The position numbers were made by a program, and so were the translations under genes. Positions 8,428-17,334 of a DNA stretch of 20,000 nt are shown here, one piece after another. Source of the stretch: an uncultured virus (IMG/VR IMGVR_UViG_3300025660_000004) (Duplodnaviria; Heunggongvirae; Uroviricota; Caudoviricetes); the IMG/VR virus record IMGVR_UViG_3300025660_000004; one strand, given 5' to 3'. The notes below the pieces were generated by a model. The model worked only from the letters and a program-made list of their open reading frames with translations. It searched no databases and had not been told where the DNA came from. Position 1 is the first letter of the stretch; every line of letters begins with the position of its first letter.

Positions 8428-8859
8428 CTCGAACTCGATGTCCGCCGGGTTGAACGGGTTGAGGCCCCGAACGATGAGCGCCCACTCCTCGGCGTTCGGG
8501 AGCCGCCATTCGCCGGGGAGGTCCAGCTCGTAGTCACCGTCCCCGAGCGGCTGGAAGGCCATGACACCCTCCCACACCCAGATGCCGGTCTTCGTGTCCT
8601 CGCAGCCGAACACCTCGACGCCAGAGAGCCCAGCCTCCCGCAGCTCCCGTTCGAGTGCCGGGGTGCCGTAGACGAAGGCGAGGGAGCCGCCCACCTTGTC
8701 GAAGGCGATGATGGCCTTCTGCGGGGCCTTCGCCTCGTTGTTGGCCTCGTGGCGACGAGCCCACATGAGGGTCCGCCACGTCACGATCAGGGTGATGACG
8801 AGCAAGATCACGTCGAAGTAGATCTCGTTGGCCGCAGCGAGAAACTGGTCACAGGTCAT
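8404..8859 (-). CDS. Hypothetical protein with one N-terminal transmembrane helix
   Basis: ATG with AGGAG RBS; hydrophobic stretch IYFDVILLVITLIVTW. Confidence 0.75.
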   Translation of the reverse strand: MTCDQFLAAANEIYFDVILLVITLIVTWRTLMWARRHEANNEAKAPQKAIIAFDKVGGSLAFVYGTPALERELREAGLSGVEVFGCEDTKTGIWVWEGVMAFQPLGDGDYELDLPGEWRLPNAEEWALIVRGLNPFNPADIEFEGSVPPAS

Positions 8860-8878
8860 TGAGACTCCTAGCCCCGCA

Positions 8879-8906
8879 ACTACTCGCGGGCAGGTCAGTC
8901 TGAGCC
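8879..8906 (-). promoter_or_regulatory. Phage promoter motif GGCTCAG-N16-GTAGT, copy 4
   Basis: GGCTCAG actgacctgcccgcga GTAGTTG; intergenic, upstream of ATG 8859. Confidence 0.75.
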
Positions 8907-8944
8907 TTCAATCCAGCGGGTAGGGTGAGCGACTGGAGGCTCGC

Positions 8945-9907
8945 ATGGCTCATCTGCAACTGATCAAGGGCGGCGAAGTCATGGGCATGGGCCTGGCGGA
9001 CTACGTCTGGCTCACCGACGACGGCGACATCAACTTCAAGAAGAAAAGCGTGCTCATCGCCAAGGACAAGGCCGGTGACCCGGCCCCGTTGGCGGACCGC
9101 TGGACCTTCTCGCACTGCCCTGAGTGCGACAACGAATGCGAGTGCGAGGACGCGGTGACTCGCATCCTCGTGCCGTGCTTCTACCTCCCAGACCCGACCC
9201 GGCCGAACCCCAGCTACATCGTGCTGTGCGAGGTGCGGGACGCTGATGACGTGTGTGTCGAGTCGAACTGGCGGGCGAAGCTGCGAGCAGCCATGGATGA
9301 ACGGGGGTCGGGGGCGAACCTCGTCTACTTCGGCTTCGAGCAGGACTACGCCCATGCAGAGGCCAGTGGCAGCGAGGACAGTGGGTTCGAGGCCCGCCGG
9401 TTCGCGGCTGCGGAGCGGCACATCGGAGCCATGTTCGATGCTGGCCTGCTGTTCCACAGTGCATGGAACTCGCCGGGCTCCGAGCACTGGGACTTCAAGG
9501 TCGGCGTGCGGGGCTTCCCGAACGACCTCGACCCCGACCCGCCGAACGCCCTGATCGTGGCCGACCACCTGATCATCGCCCGCTACCTGATGGAGAAGAT
9601 CTGCGGGAGCCACGGCATCGTGCCGTTGTGGGAGGACCTGGCCTCCTTCGTCTCGACCGATGCCCTGCGGCAGCCGGGCTCTGACTTCGCGGCTGAAGCA
9701 GACCGGCTCGATGAAGCCCTGACCGAACTCGGTCGGACCCGCCGCGTGCCGCACCCGACCAGAGGTGGGACGAGCTGCATCGAGCTGACGCAGGAGAGCC
9801 CCGATGACTTCGGGCACCCCGATGTCAACCCCTACAAGCTGGCCCTGGAAGTGCTCTGCGCTGCTTGGCCCCTGACCTTCCTCGAACTCACCATGAAGCC
9901 GGAGTAG
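8945..9907 (+). CDS. Glutamine synthetase type II-like protein with degenerate active site
   Basis: GGAGG RBS. Collinear GSII landmarks ADYVW, DP.R...IVLCEV, N.R, FGFEQDY, HWDFKVG, ADHLIIARYLMEKI, FVST, NPY; several catalytic motifs are altered or missing. Confidence 0.75.
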   Translation: MAHLQLIKGGEVMGMGLADYVWLTDDGDINFKKKSVLIAKDKAGDPAPLADRWTFSHCPECDNECECEDAVTRILVPCFYLPDPTRPNPSYIVLCEVRDADDVCVESNWRAKLRAAMDERGSGANLVYFGFEQDYAHAEASGSEDSGFEARRFAAAERHIGAMFDAGLLFHSAWNSPGSEHWDFKVGVRGFPNDLDPDPPNALIVADHLIIARYLMEKICGSHGIVPLWEDLASFVSTDALRQPGSDFAAEADRLDEALTELGRTRRVPHPTRGGTSCIELTQESPDDFGHPDVNPYKLALEVLCAAWPLTFLELTMKPE

Positions 9908-9909
9908 CT

Positions 9910-10623
9910 GTGCCTGGACCGAAGTGCAAAGTCGTCATCGTCGAGGGTCTGATCGGGTCTGGGAAGACCACGCTGAGTCGGGAGCTGGGCGTGGCCTTGG
10001 GGCCAGAGACCCTCACCCTCTTCGAGCCCGATGAGAAGGGGGCCGGGAACCCCTACCTCGCTGACTACTACGAGGACCCGGCCCGCTGGTCGTTCGTGCT
10101 CCAGGTCCACCAGCTTCAGGCCCGGTACCGGATGCACCTCCAGGCTCAGTGGCACGCCCTTCAGGGCATGGGCCATGCGGTCCTGGACCGGAGCTACTTC
10201 GGGGACACCGCGTTCGCCCGCCTCCAGCTCAAGGGCGGGATGATGACCGAACGGGAGTTCGCCACCTACAGCAGCATCTACCAGGCCATGACCGCCGGGG
10301 TGCTCCTCCCCTCCGTCTGTGTCCGCGTGCTGGCGTCGCCGGAGATCTGCGGGCGTCGTGTGGCGAAGCGGATGGAGAAGGAGACCGGCCGGAAGTGCGA
10401 GCAGGCCATCGACCTCGACTACCTGCGTGGACTGGAGACCGAGATCGACCACATGGTCGATGTGCTCCGACGCATGGGTGTCGTCGTCATCGACATGGCG
10501 TGGGACGTGGATCGGGAGTCCCCGGAGATGCGAGCTGGAGCCATCGAGGCCCTGGCATCCCGCATCGCCGCCATCACCCCGCCGGACTTCTTCCTCGATA
10601 TGCACCGTCGAGCAACCCCCTGA
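9910..10623 (+). CDS. Deoxynucleoside kinase (dNK family)
   Basis: GTG 9910 with GGAG RBS; P-loop VEGLIGSGKTT, FEP, YY.DP.RW.F..Q, DRS..GD..F, YL..L. Confidence 0.88.
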   Translation: MPGPKCKVVIVEGLIGSGKTTLSRELGVALGPETLTLFEPDEKGAGNPYLADYYEDPARWSFVLQVHQLQARYRMHLQAQWHALQGMGHAVLDRSYFGDTAFARLQLKGGMMTEREFATYSSIYQAMTAGVLLPSVCVRVLASPEICGRRVAKRMEKETGRKCEQAIDLDYLRGLETEIDHMVDVLRRMGVVVIDMAWDVDRESPEMRAGAIEALASRIAAITPPDFFLDMHRRATP

Positions 10624-10683
10624 CCAACTGCCCGTTGGCCACGGAAACAACCAAAGCCTTGTGCTGCATGGCTTTGCGGTCTG

Positions 10684-10986
10684 GAGAATCGCAGTTTCTC
10701 GGCCCTAACCCCCTCCGGGGCGGTGAAATCTGCACGCCCCTGAGAAACGTGGCTTTCTGATTGCAGAAAACTCCTCTACAGGGCCGGTTAGAGAATCTAC
10801 TGTCGTCCCTAATCGGAAAAACGACGTATAGAGCCCCATTCTCGGTGGTTAAATTGCAGCTCCACACGATTCTCTAGTGTGGTGGTCGAGCCGAGAATCT
10901 GCCGAGAAACGCCCTGATCCTCATATACGGGGGTCTGATGGGGGTGACCCCTTTGTCGCGCAATGGGGGTGAACTACCGGAGAAAC
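10684..10986. repeat. Cluster of GAGAAWC heptamers (iteron-like) in a 438-bp non-coding gap
   Basis: Plus-strand copies at 10684, 10742, 10791, 10893, 10904, 10980; minus-strand copies at 10694, 10868; one-mismatch copy at 10837. Confidence 0.7.
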
Positions 10987-11016
10987 CCTGATCCGCCACC
11001 CGAACGGCAGCCATCG

Positions 11017-11033
11017 GCCCCGAAGGTCGGGGC
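11017..11033. terminator. Hairpin downstream of the methyltransferase operon (possible terminator)
   Basis: GCCCCGA-AGG-TCGGGGC 7-bp stem about 30 nt past the stop at 11062; no U-tract. Confidence 0.3.
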
Positions 11034-11061
11034 GTGAGGGTTGCATGGTTGAAGGGGTAGA

Positions 11062-12657
11062 TCAGCCGAACAGGTCGCTGATCAGGTCCGATTCGGGTTC
11101 GCCCTTGGACGGGGCCTTCCGGCCCTGAAGCCGGGCCTCAGCCAGGTCGATGTAGTCACCCTGGAGGTCGCAGCCGATGTAGTTGCGGCCCAGCCGCATC
11201 GCCACAGCTCCGGTCGTGGCTGACCCGCTGAAGGGGTCGAGCACGGTGCAGGGGACCACGTCGGCATCGCACTCGCAGGTCGCATCCCACCCCACGGTCT
11301 TGAGGGGGTTCGCGTCGAGCTGGTTCTGGTACGCCTGCCCGAGCAGACGATGAGCGTCATGGGCACGACCGATGATGCCGTCCTTGCCCTTCATGTACTG
11401 GGACTCGTCAGACCGGCCCGCATCCACGGGGACCGTTCGTTCGACCCGCCGGACGTAGGGGGCTCTGCACTCAGAGCAGCAGCCGTATGCGCTGCTCCCG
11501 GCCTTGACCATCGGCTCCACTAGGGCTTCTGGCCAGGTGGCGAAGTGGGCTCCCTTGTAGGGCTTCGGGTTGATGGTCCACACCGTCCGCTTGCTCCGAC
11601 CACCGGCATTGCCCCAAACGCGGTCAGGGTCGGCACTGGGGTCGGTCGATACGCCCTGGTTCCACCGCTCCTGCATCAGGACACCCTTGCGCCCCTTGTT
11701 GCCCGGAGCGTGTCTCTCACCGGCCAGAGGCTCCCGGATGGCGTTGTGGTCGTAGAAGTAGCGGGGGCTCTTCGTCAGCAGGAAGACGTACTCGTGGTTC
11801 TTCGTCGGCCGGTCCCGGACGCTCGAAGGCATACAGGACGGCTTCGACCAGATGATGTCTGACCGCAAGTACCAGCCATCGGCTCGAAGGGCGAAGGCCA
11901 CCATCCACGGGATGCCGACCATGTCCTTCTCCTTGAGGCCCCCCGTGGTCAGGCTCCCACGGGTCAGGCCGGACTTCGTGTGGTCCGACCACGACGTTGA
12001 AATGCTGTCGTTGTCGAACCCCAGGCCCCCCTGATGGGACGAAGGCCGGGCCACGCTCCGGTTGTTGTAGCTGTCGCCCAGGTTGAGCCAGAGCACCCCA
12101 TCGTCCCGGAGCACCCGGCGGACTTCACGGAAGATGATGACCAGGTGGGCAACGAACAGGTCCGGGGTCGGTTCGAGCCCGAGATGGCCCTTCCACGCAT
12201 CGCACAGGCCGCACCCTCCGGTGTAGGGGATCTGGCTGGTGCGGGTCGTCCAGTTCTCGGTGTTCCCTGTGTCCTTGACCCCGATCTGGATGCCCCGCGT
12301 CTCGACATCGTCATGCTCCGTCTCGATCTTGCAGTGGGAGCAGACCGTGGTGGTCTCCGAGTCGGTGGCCCAGTCGGTAGTGCCGAACCGGCCACACCCG
12401 CTGCACTGCCGCTTCGCCGGGGGCACCGGGTTCCGACGATCCGGGTCGCCCCACTGGTGTTCGCACTCAGAGTCGCCACCCCACACCTGGGGCTCCCCGC
12501 CGTAGTCCCGGAGCCCCCAGTAGGGAGGCGAGGTCGCCGCCATCTGCACCGACCCCTCCGGTAGATCCTTGAGCGTGTCGAGCACGTTCTGGCCGTACAG
12601 GAGCGTCCCCTCTGTGGGGTCGTCCCCAAGGCCGTACTGGATGATCCGCTGCTTCAT
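11062..12657 (-). CDS. DNA amino-methyltransferase, beta class (N4-C/N6-A family), paralog A
   Basis: N-terminal [35 protein letters not shown]-terminal [10 protein letters not shown]; Cys-flanked inserts. Confidence 0.93.
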   Translation of the reverse strand: MKQRIIQYGLGDDPTEGTLLYGQNVLDTLKDLPEGSVQMAATSPPYWGLRDYGGEPQVWGGDSECEHQWGDPDRRNPVPPAKRQCSGCGRFGTTDWATDSETTTVCSHCKIETEHDDVETRGIQIGVKDTGNTENWTTRTSQIPYTGGCGLCDAWKGHLGLEPTPDLFVAHLVIIFREVRRVLRDDGVLWLNLGDSYNNRSVARPSSHQGGLGFDNDSISTSWSDHTKSGLTRGSLTTGGLKEKDMVGIPWMVAFALRADGWYLRSDIIWSKPSCMPSSVRDRPTKNHEYVFLLTKSPRYFYDHNAIREPLAGERHAPGNKGRKGVLMQERWNQGVSTDPSADPDRVWGNAGGRSKRTVWTINPKPYKGAHFATWPEALVEPMVKAGSSAYGCCSECRAPYVRRVERTVPVDAGRSDESQYMKGKDGIIGRAHDAHRLLGQAYQNQLDANPLKTVGWDATCECDADVVPCTVLDPFSGSATTGAVAMRLGRNYIGCDLQGDYIDLAEARLQGRKAPSKGEPESDLISDLFG

Positions 12658-14084
12658 CCGAACAGGTCTCCGATGGGGTCTTCGGTGTCGGGGTCCTTCG
12701 ACGGGGCCTTGCGTCCTGTCAGACGAGCCTCAGCGAGGTCCAGGTAGTCGGGCTGAAGGTCAGTCCCGACGTAGTTACGCCCCAGACGCATCGCCACGGC
12801 CCCCGTGGTTGCCGACCCGCTGAAGGGGTCGAGCACAAGACACCTGGTCACGTCGGGGTCCTTGCACTTGCAGGTCTGCTCCCAGCCCACGGTGGTTCGT
12901 TTGGATGGTGGGATACCACCACCGTGCGTCGGAATCGTGTAGCCATCGGTTCGACCACCCACATTCCTGGTGCGTGAGATTCCTTCGGGCACCACCACGT
13001 CCACCATCCGCTTGAACGGTGCCCGGCACTCAGAGCAGCAGCCGTACTCAGAGCTGCCTGCCTTGACCATCGGCTCGACCAGCTCCTCGGGCCACACCGC
13101 GAAGTGAGCACCGGGGTACGGCTTCGGGTTCACGTTCCACACCGTCCGCTTGTTCCGACCGCCGTTGGCCGAGGGGTCGATGTTGTTCGGCTTCGTGTAG
13201 CCGTCCTTGCGCCCGCCGACGTTCCGTTCGCTCGTCTTCTTGGCCCCGTCCCGACCCATCCGGGCGTCCGCGAAGCCCTCACGGATGGCGTGCTGGTCGT
13301 AGAAGTACGACGACTCCTTGGTCAGCAAGAAGATGAACTCGTGTGCCCTCGTCGGCCTGTCGGTGACGCTCTCCGGCATGGGGTTGCCCTTGGCCCAGAT
13401 GATGTCCGACCGCAGATACCAGCCGTCGTCCTGGAGCCCGAAGGCCACCCGCCACGGGATGCCGACCAGGTCCTTTGTCTTGAGGGTGCTGACCCCTCGC
13501 CGCTTCTTGGACGTGTAGGCGACCTTGCTGTCGCCCCCCACCGTGGTCTGCTTGCTCCCGGCCTCGTTGCTGGGAGCGCCGGGTGCGAAGCCCCCGCTGC
13601 CGTTGTAGCTGTCGCCGAGGTTCAACCACGCGATGCCATCAGGCCGGAGCACCCGGCGGATCTCCTCGAAGACCTCGACCATGTGCTCGACGTACAGGGC
13701 CGGGCTCGGCTCCAGACCGAACTGACCGAGCCACGCACCGCACAGGCCACACCACGACTGCGGAGACGCTGTCGCGTCTGCCTGCTGGGGGTAGGTCTCG
13801 TTGCTCTGCCACTTCGTCTGCGGCACCTGTCCACGGTTCCCACGGTGCCCGAGGTAGCCCTCCTCCTGACCCCATTCGTGCTCGCAGTCGGGGTCTCCAC
13901 CCCATACCGACGCCTCGCCACCGTAGTCGCGCAACCCCCAATACGGAGGCGATGTGCAGACCACCTGGACGCTCCCGGCCTCCAGCAGCCGGAGACTCGC
14001 TCTCACGTCCTGGCCGTACAGCAACCGTGCCTCCGGGGGGTCGTCACCGAGAGGCCGGAAGACGATACGGTCGATCACGCTCAT
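12654..14084 (-). CDS. DNA amino-methyltransferase, beta class, paralog B
   Basis: [43 protein letters not shown] overlaps at both ends. Confidence 0.93.
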   Translation of the reverse strand: MSVIDRIVFRPLGDDPPEARLLYGQDVRASLRLLEAGSVQVVCTSPPYWGLRDYGGEASVWGGDPDCEHEWGQEEGYLGHRGNRGQVPQTKWQSNETYPQQADATASPQSWCGLCGAWLGQFGLEPSPALYVEHMVEVFEEIRRVLRPDGIAWLNLGDSYNGSGGFAPGAPSNEAGSKQTTVGGDSKVAYTSKKRRGVSTLKTKDLVGIPWRVAFGLQDDGWYLRSDIIWAKGNPMPESVTDRPTRAHEFIFLLTKESSYFYDQHAIREGFADARMGRDGAKKTSERNVGGRKDGYTKPNNIDPSANGGRNKRTVWNVNPKPYPGAHFAVWPEELVEPMVKAGSSEYGCCSECRAPFKRMVDVVVPEGISRTRNVGGRTDGYTIPTHGGGIPPSKRTTVGWEQTCKCKDPDVTRCLVLDPFSGSATTGAVAMRLGRNYVGTDLQPDYLDLAEARLTGRKAPSKDPDTEDPIGDLFG

Positions 14085-16561
14085 GCGAACAGCTCTCCGA
14101 TCAGGTCAGGCTCATCATCGTCCTGTGGGGCCTTCCGGCCCTCCAGACGAGCCATTGCCAGCTCCAGATACTCCGGGTTGAGATCCAGGCCCGTGTAGTC
14201 CCGCCCGAGCCGCATGGCGACCACCCCGGTCGTCCCCGACCCGCTGAAGGGGTCCAGTACGACACAGGGCTCAGGGTCGTGCGGCCCGCACTCGCAGGTC
14301 GGCCCCCACCCCGTCGTGATGCGCTTCTTGGGCTCGATGCCACCGGCCCCCTTGAGCTTCAGACGGTCGTAGTCGAGGGGGTCGTCACCCTTGCGGTCGC
14401 CCGTCAGGTTCTCGCCGGTCCCCTCATGCTTGATGCTCCCGCCAGCCGTCTCCATGATCCGCTTCCACGGACTCCGGCACATCGGGCAACGGCCCCTTTC
14501 GCTGCTGCCCGCCTTGATGAACCGCTCGGCCAGCATCGGCGGCCAGACCGCGAAGTGCGCGCCCTTGTAGCCGGTGGTCGCCACCGCGAAGATGTCGCCC
14601 GGATTCTTGCCGGAGGCATTGAACAGGCCGCGACCCACTCGGCGGGGGCTACCCGCCAGCGCACCAAGCTGGCCATCCGTCTTGTCCATCTTCCGGCTGC
14701 CCTCGCCCGACTCGAACCACTGCTGGGAGGGGACGAACTCGCCGTCGTCGGTGTAGGTGCCTGACTCCAGAGGGACGCGGACGGCTTCGAGGTCGAAGTA
14801 GTACCGGGCCTGCTTGGCGAACAGGAACACGTGCTCGTACTTGCAGGAGAAGCGGTCGGCCACGCTGCTCGGCATGGCGTTGCTGTTGTGGGTCAACAAC
14901 CCCGACGCCGTGGCGAACAGATGGGGATCACCCCCCACCTCCACGTCGTAGAAGATGCGCCCCTTGGCCTTGCGGATGGCTGCTACCTCTGCTCGGTCCT
15001 TCTCATTGTGGTGTCCACTTCTGCCCCATCGCCACTCCCCTCTGAAGATGGGCTGTCGCTTGCCGAAGCCGGTTGCGAAGGCTGGCTTGAGGGTGAGGAT
15101 CGCCCCAAGACGAGCCGCTAGCGTTCGGAGATCCCTTGCCAGGTTGTTGTTTCGGCAGAACCCCAGTCGGAACCGTGGATTCGCAGGGTCGTCGTGCCCG
15201 TCGCCGTGGAGGTAGCCATCAACCACAGCCTTGAGGAACGTGTTGCTCCGCTCCCAGCACCGCATGGACAGGTGCTTGTCCTGGGCCACCCTTCCGCTGA
15301 TGTAGGTGTCGATGATCCCATGGAGGACTGGGCCGTACAGGTTGACCGTTGCCGCCTGACCGGCCTTTGCATATACCTGGCAGGTTCCGTGGAAGTCTTC
15401 GGCAATCCGGCAGAGCCGGTCGTACCGGGCTGTTTCCTTGATGTGCCCGGCGATCTGGATTGCCTTACCATCATCGCCCCGACTGCCCTCTGCGAGGTAC
15501 AGCCCTACGAACCACCCCACGTCCTCATCGGGCAAGCATGAGGGAGAAGCCGCGTCATTGTCCGGCAAGGCAGTGGACAGGACCACATCGCCCACCACCA
15601 GATCAGCACCAGCCACCAGACCTCGCTGTGTGGGCCAGCGGTGCTCCGACGTACAAGTGATGCGCTCACCCGACCGGAACTCGATCTCCAGCCCCTCTGC
15701 CTCGACCTTCTCCCACCGAACTACCTGAGTCCAGCGAGACCCGTCCCAAAGCTCCACCGTTGCAGGGTCAAGCCGCACCAGGTCCTTGAGCATCGCGGGC
15801 ATTTCACCCTTCTGGGTCCTGGCATAGAGCCTGGTGCCTGCTCCAAGGCACTTCTGCCAAATTATGTCGTTGCGGAGCCACCAGCCGTCCGCCTGCAACG
15901 CCAGAGCGACCCGCCAGGGCACCCCCACCAGGTCCTTGTCCTTCAGGCCCTTCACGCGGGGCTTCCCGATGATGATGTTGTCGCGGTAGTCCTTGTCGTC
16001 CTTCTGCCGCTGGCCCTCTCGCCCACCGAGGTTCGTGTAGTCCTTGGCCGCGTGGCTCATGTAGCTGTCGCCGAGGTTCAGCCAGAAGGTCCCGGTCGGG
16101 TGCAGCACCCGGTTGATCTCCCGCCCGATGATGACGATGTGCTTCACGAACAGATCAGGCGACGGCTCCAGCCCCAGACAACCCCTCCAGGCGTCGCACC
16201 TCAGACAGAACGCGCTGCTGCGTGGGGGCACCATGCTGTGCTCCACGGACCGCTTGATCCCCTCTGCGGAGATGGCGTTGCCACCGCTGGCCGCCCCCAG
16301 GGTGCTGTTTGCGAAGGACGGCTTGGTCTGACCCGGCACCTTGATGTCGTCGCCCCAGTCGTGCTCACAGTCGGGGTCACCACCCCACACCTGCTGACCG
16401 ACCCCGTAGTCCCGCAGAGACCAGTAGGGGGGCGAGGTGCAGCAGACGTTGATGCTGTTGTCGGGGAGCAGCCGGAGAGCGTCGAGGACGTTCAAGCCGT
16501 AGTAGAGGTTGGCCCTGGGCGGGTCGTCACCCAGGGCTCCTAGGACGATGGTGGGCTTCAT
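14081..16561 (-). CDS. DNA amino-methyltransferase, beta class, paralog C, intein-containing (~504 aa after splicing)
   Basis: [19 protein letters not shown]|intein|[21 protein letters not shown]. Confidence 0.93.
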   Translation of the reverse strand: MKPTIVLGALGDDPPRANLYYGLNVLDALRLLPDNSINVCCTSPPYWSLRDYGVGQQVWGGDPDCEHDWGDDIKVPGQTKPSFANSTLGAASGGNAISAEGIKRSVEHSMVPPRSSAFCLRCDAWRGCLGLEPSPDLFVKHIVIIGREINRVLHPTGTFWLNLGDSYMSHAAKDYTNLGGREGQRQKDDKDYRDNIIIGKPRVKGLKDKDLVGVPWRVALALQADGWWLRNDIIWQKCLGAGTRLYARTQKGEMPAMLKDLVRLDPATVELWDGSRWTQVVRWEKVEAEGLEIEFRSGERITCTSEHRWPTQRGLVAGADLVVGDVVLSTALPDNDAASPSCLPDEDVGWFVGLYLAEGSRGDDGKAIQIAGHIKETARYDRLCRIAEDFHGTCQVYAKAGQAATVNLYGPVLHGIIDTYISGRVAQDKHLSMRCWERSNTFLKAVVDGYLHGDGHDDPANPRFRLGFCRNNNLARDLRTLAARLGAILTLKPAFATGFGKRQPIFRGEWRWGRSGHHNEKDRAEVAAIRKAKGRIFYDVEVGGDPHLFATASGLLTHNSNAMPSSVADRFSCKYEHVFLFAKQARYYFDLEAVRVPLESGTYTDDGEFVPSQQWFESGEGSRKMDKTDGQLGALAGSPRRVGRGLFNASGKNPGDIFAVATTGYKGAHFAVWPPMLAERFIKAGSSERGRCPMCRSPWKRIMETAGGSIKHEGTGENLTGDRKGDDPLDYDRLKLKGAGGIEPKKRITTGWGPTCECGPHDPEPCVVLDPFSGSGTTGVVAMRLGRDYTGLDLNPEYLELAMARLEGRKAPQDDDEPDLIGELFA
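14885..15850 (-). mobile_element. Intein with LAGLIDADG homing endonuclease (322 aa)
   Basis: Begins CLGAGTRL; block [19 protein letters not shown]-like helices [11 protein letters not shown] and [11 protein letters not shown]; ends FYDVEV...[13 protein letters not shown] followed by Ser+1. Absent at the equivalent site in paralogs A and B. Confidence 0.93.
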
Positions 16562-17334
16562 CTGAACAGGTCTCCGATGGGGTCGTCAGCAGCCTGCATC
16601 TTGGGCACCTGATCGAGTACGGCAGTGTCAAGACGGTCGCGGGCCTCCTCGCAGTAGGCAGGCTCCTTCTCGATGAGCAAGAAGCTGCGCTTCATCCTCT
16701 GGGCCACCAGCCCCACGGTCCCACTACCCGCGAACGGGTCGAGCACAACGCCCCCCTCGTCGGTGTAGACCGTCAGCACCCGCTCGACGAGCGCCTCCGG
16801 GAAGGCCGCAGGGTGGTTCACCCTCATGCTCGGGCCACCCACGGTGCTCCAGATCGCCCGCTGCGACATCTGACGATTGCGGATGAGCTGCGGACCACCG
16901 CCGGGCTTGCGGAAGGTGAAGAGGTGCTCGAACTCTGGCACGGCTCGGGGAGCCGAGATGGCGTGCTTGCCGCCCGTGATCTTGCTGAAGTCCTTCTGCC
17001 AGACCCGCTGGGCCTGGAGGACCAGGCCGTTCGCGAGCCCCTGCGACCAGTAGATCCAGCCCATCGGCATCTCGCAGGGCTCGTCCGTGCCGAGCATGTC
17101 CCTGCCGGGGATCATGTTCCCGAAGTTGAAGACGGCGTAGCCGCCCCGCTTGAGGACTCTGTGGGTCTCGCGGAAGCAGTTGTTGAGGAGCTGGAGCAGG
17201 ACCCCGAACCGGGCGTCGGGCTCGTAGTCCTTGCCGACACCGTAGGGAGGCGACGTGAACACCAGATCCACTGACTCGGCGGGAACCTGGGGCAGTACCT
17301 CCTCGAATCGTCCACAAACGAGGGCGCTCTTCAT
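16558..17334 (-). CDS. DNA amino-methyltransferase, beta class, compact (258 aa)
   Basis: True start ATG 17334 (ATGA overlap); SVDLVFTSPPY, HPAAFP, VLDPFAGSGT. Confidence 0.9.
   Translation of the reverse strand: MKSALVCGRFEEVLPQVPAESVDLVFTSPPYGVGKDYEPDARFGVLLQLLNNCFRETHRVLKRGGYAVFNFGNMIPGRDMLGTDEPCEMPMGWIYWSQGLANGLVLQAQRVWQKDFSKITGGKHAISAPRAVPEFEHLFTFRKPGGGPQLIRNRQMSQRAIWSTVGGPSMRVNHPAAFPEALVERVLTVYTDEGGVVLDPFAGSGTVGLVAQRMKRSFLLIEKEPAYCEEARDRLDTAVLDQVPKMQAADDPIGDLFR

Noticed and set aside
10624..11061. tRNA, CRISPR array or protein gene (10574-10867) in the gap
   Set aside because: No cloverleaf or T-loop signature, repeats are 7 bp and irregularly spaced, and the ORF has atypical codon usage and no RBS.
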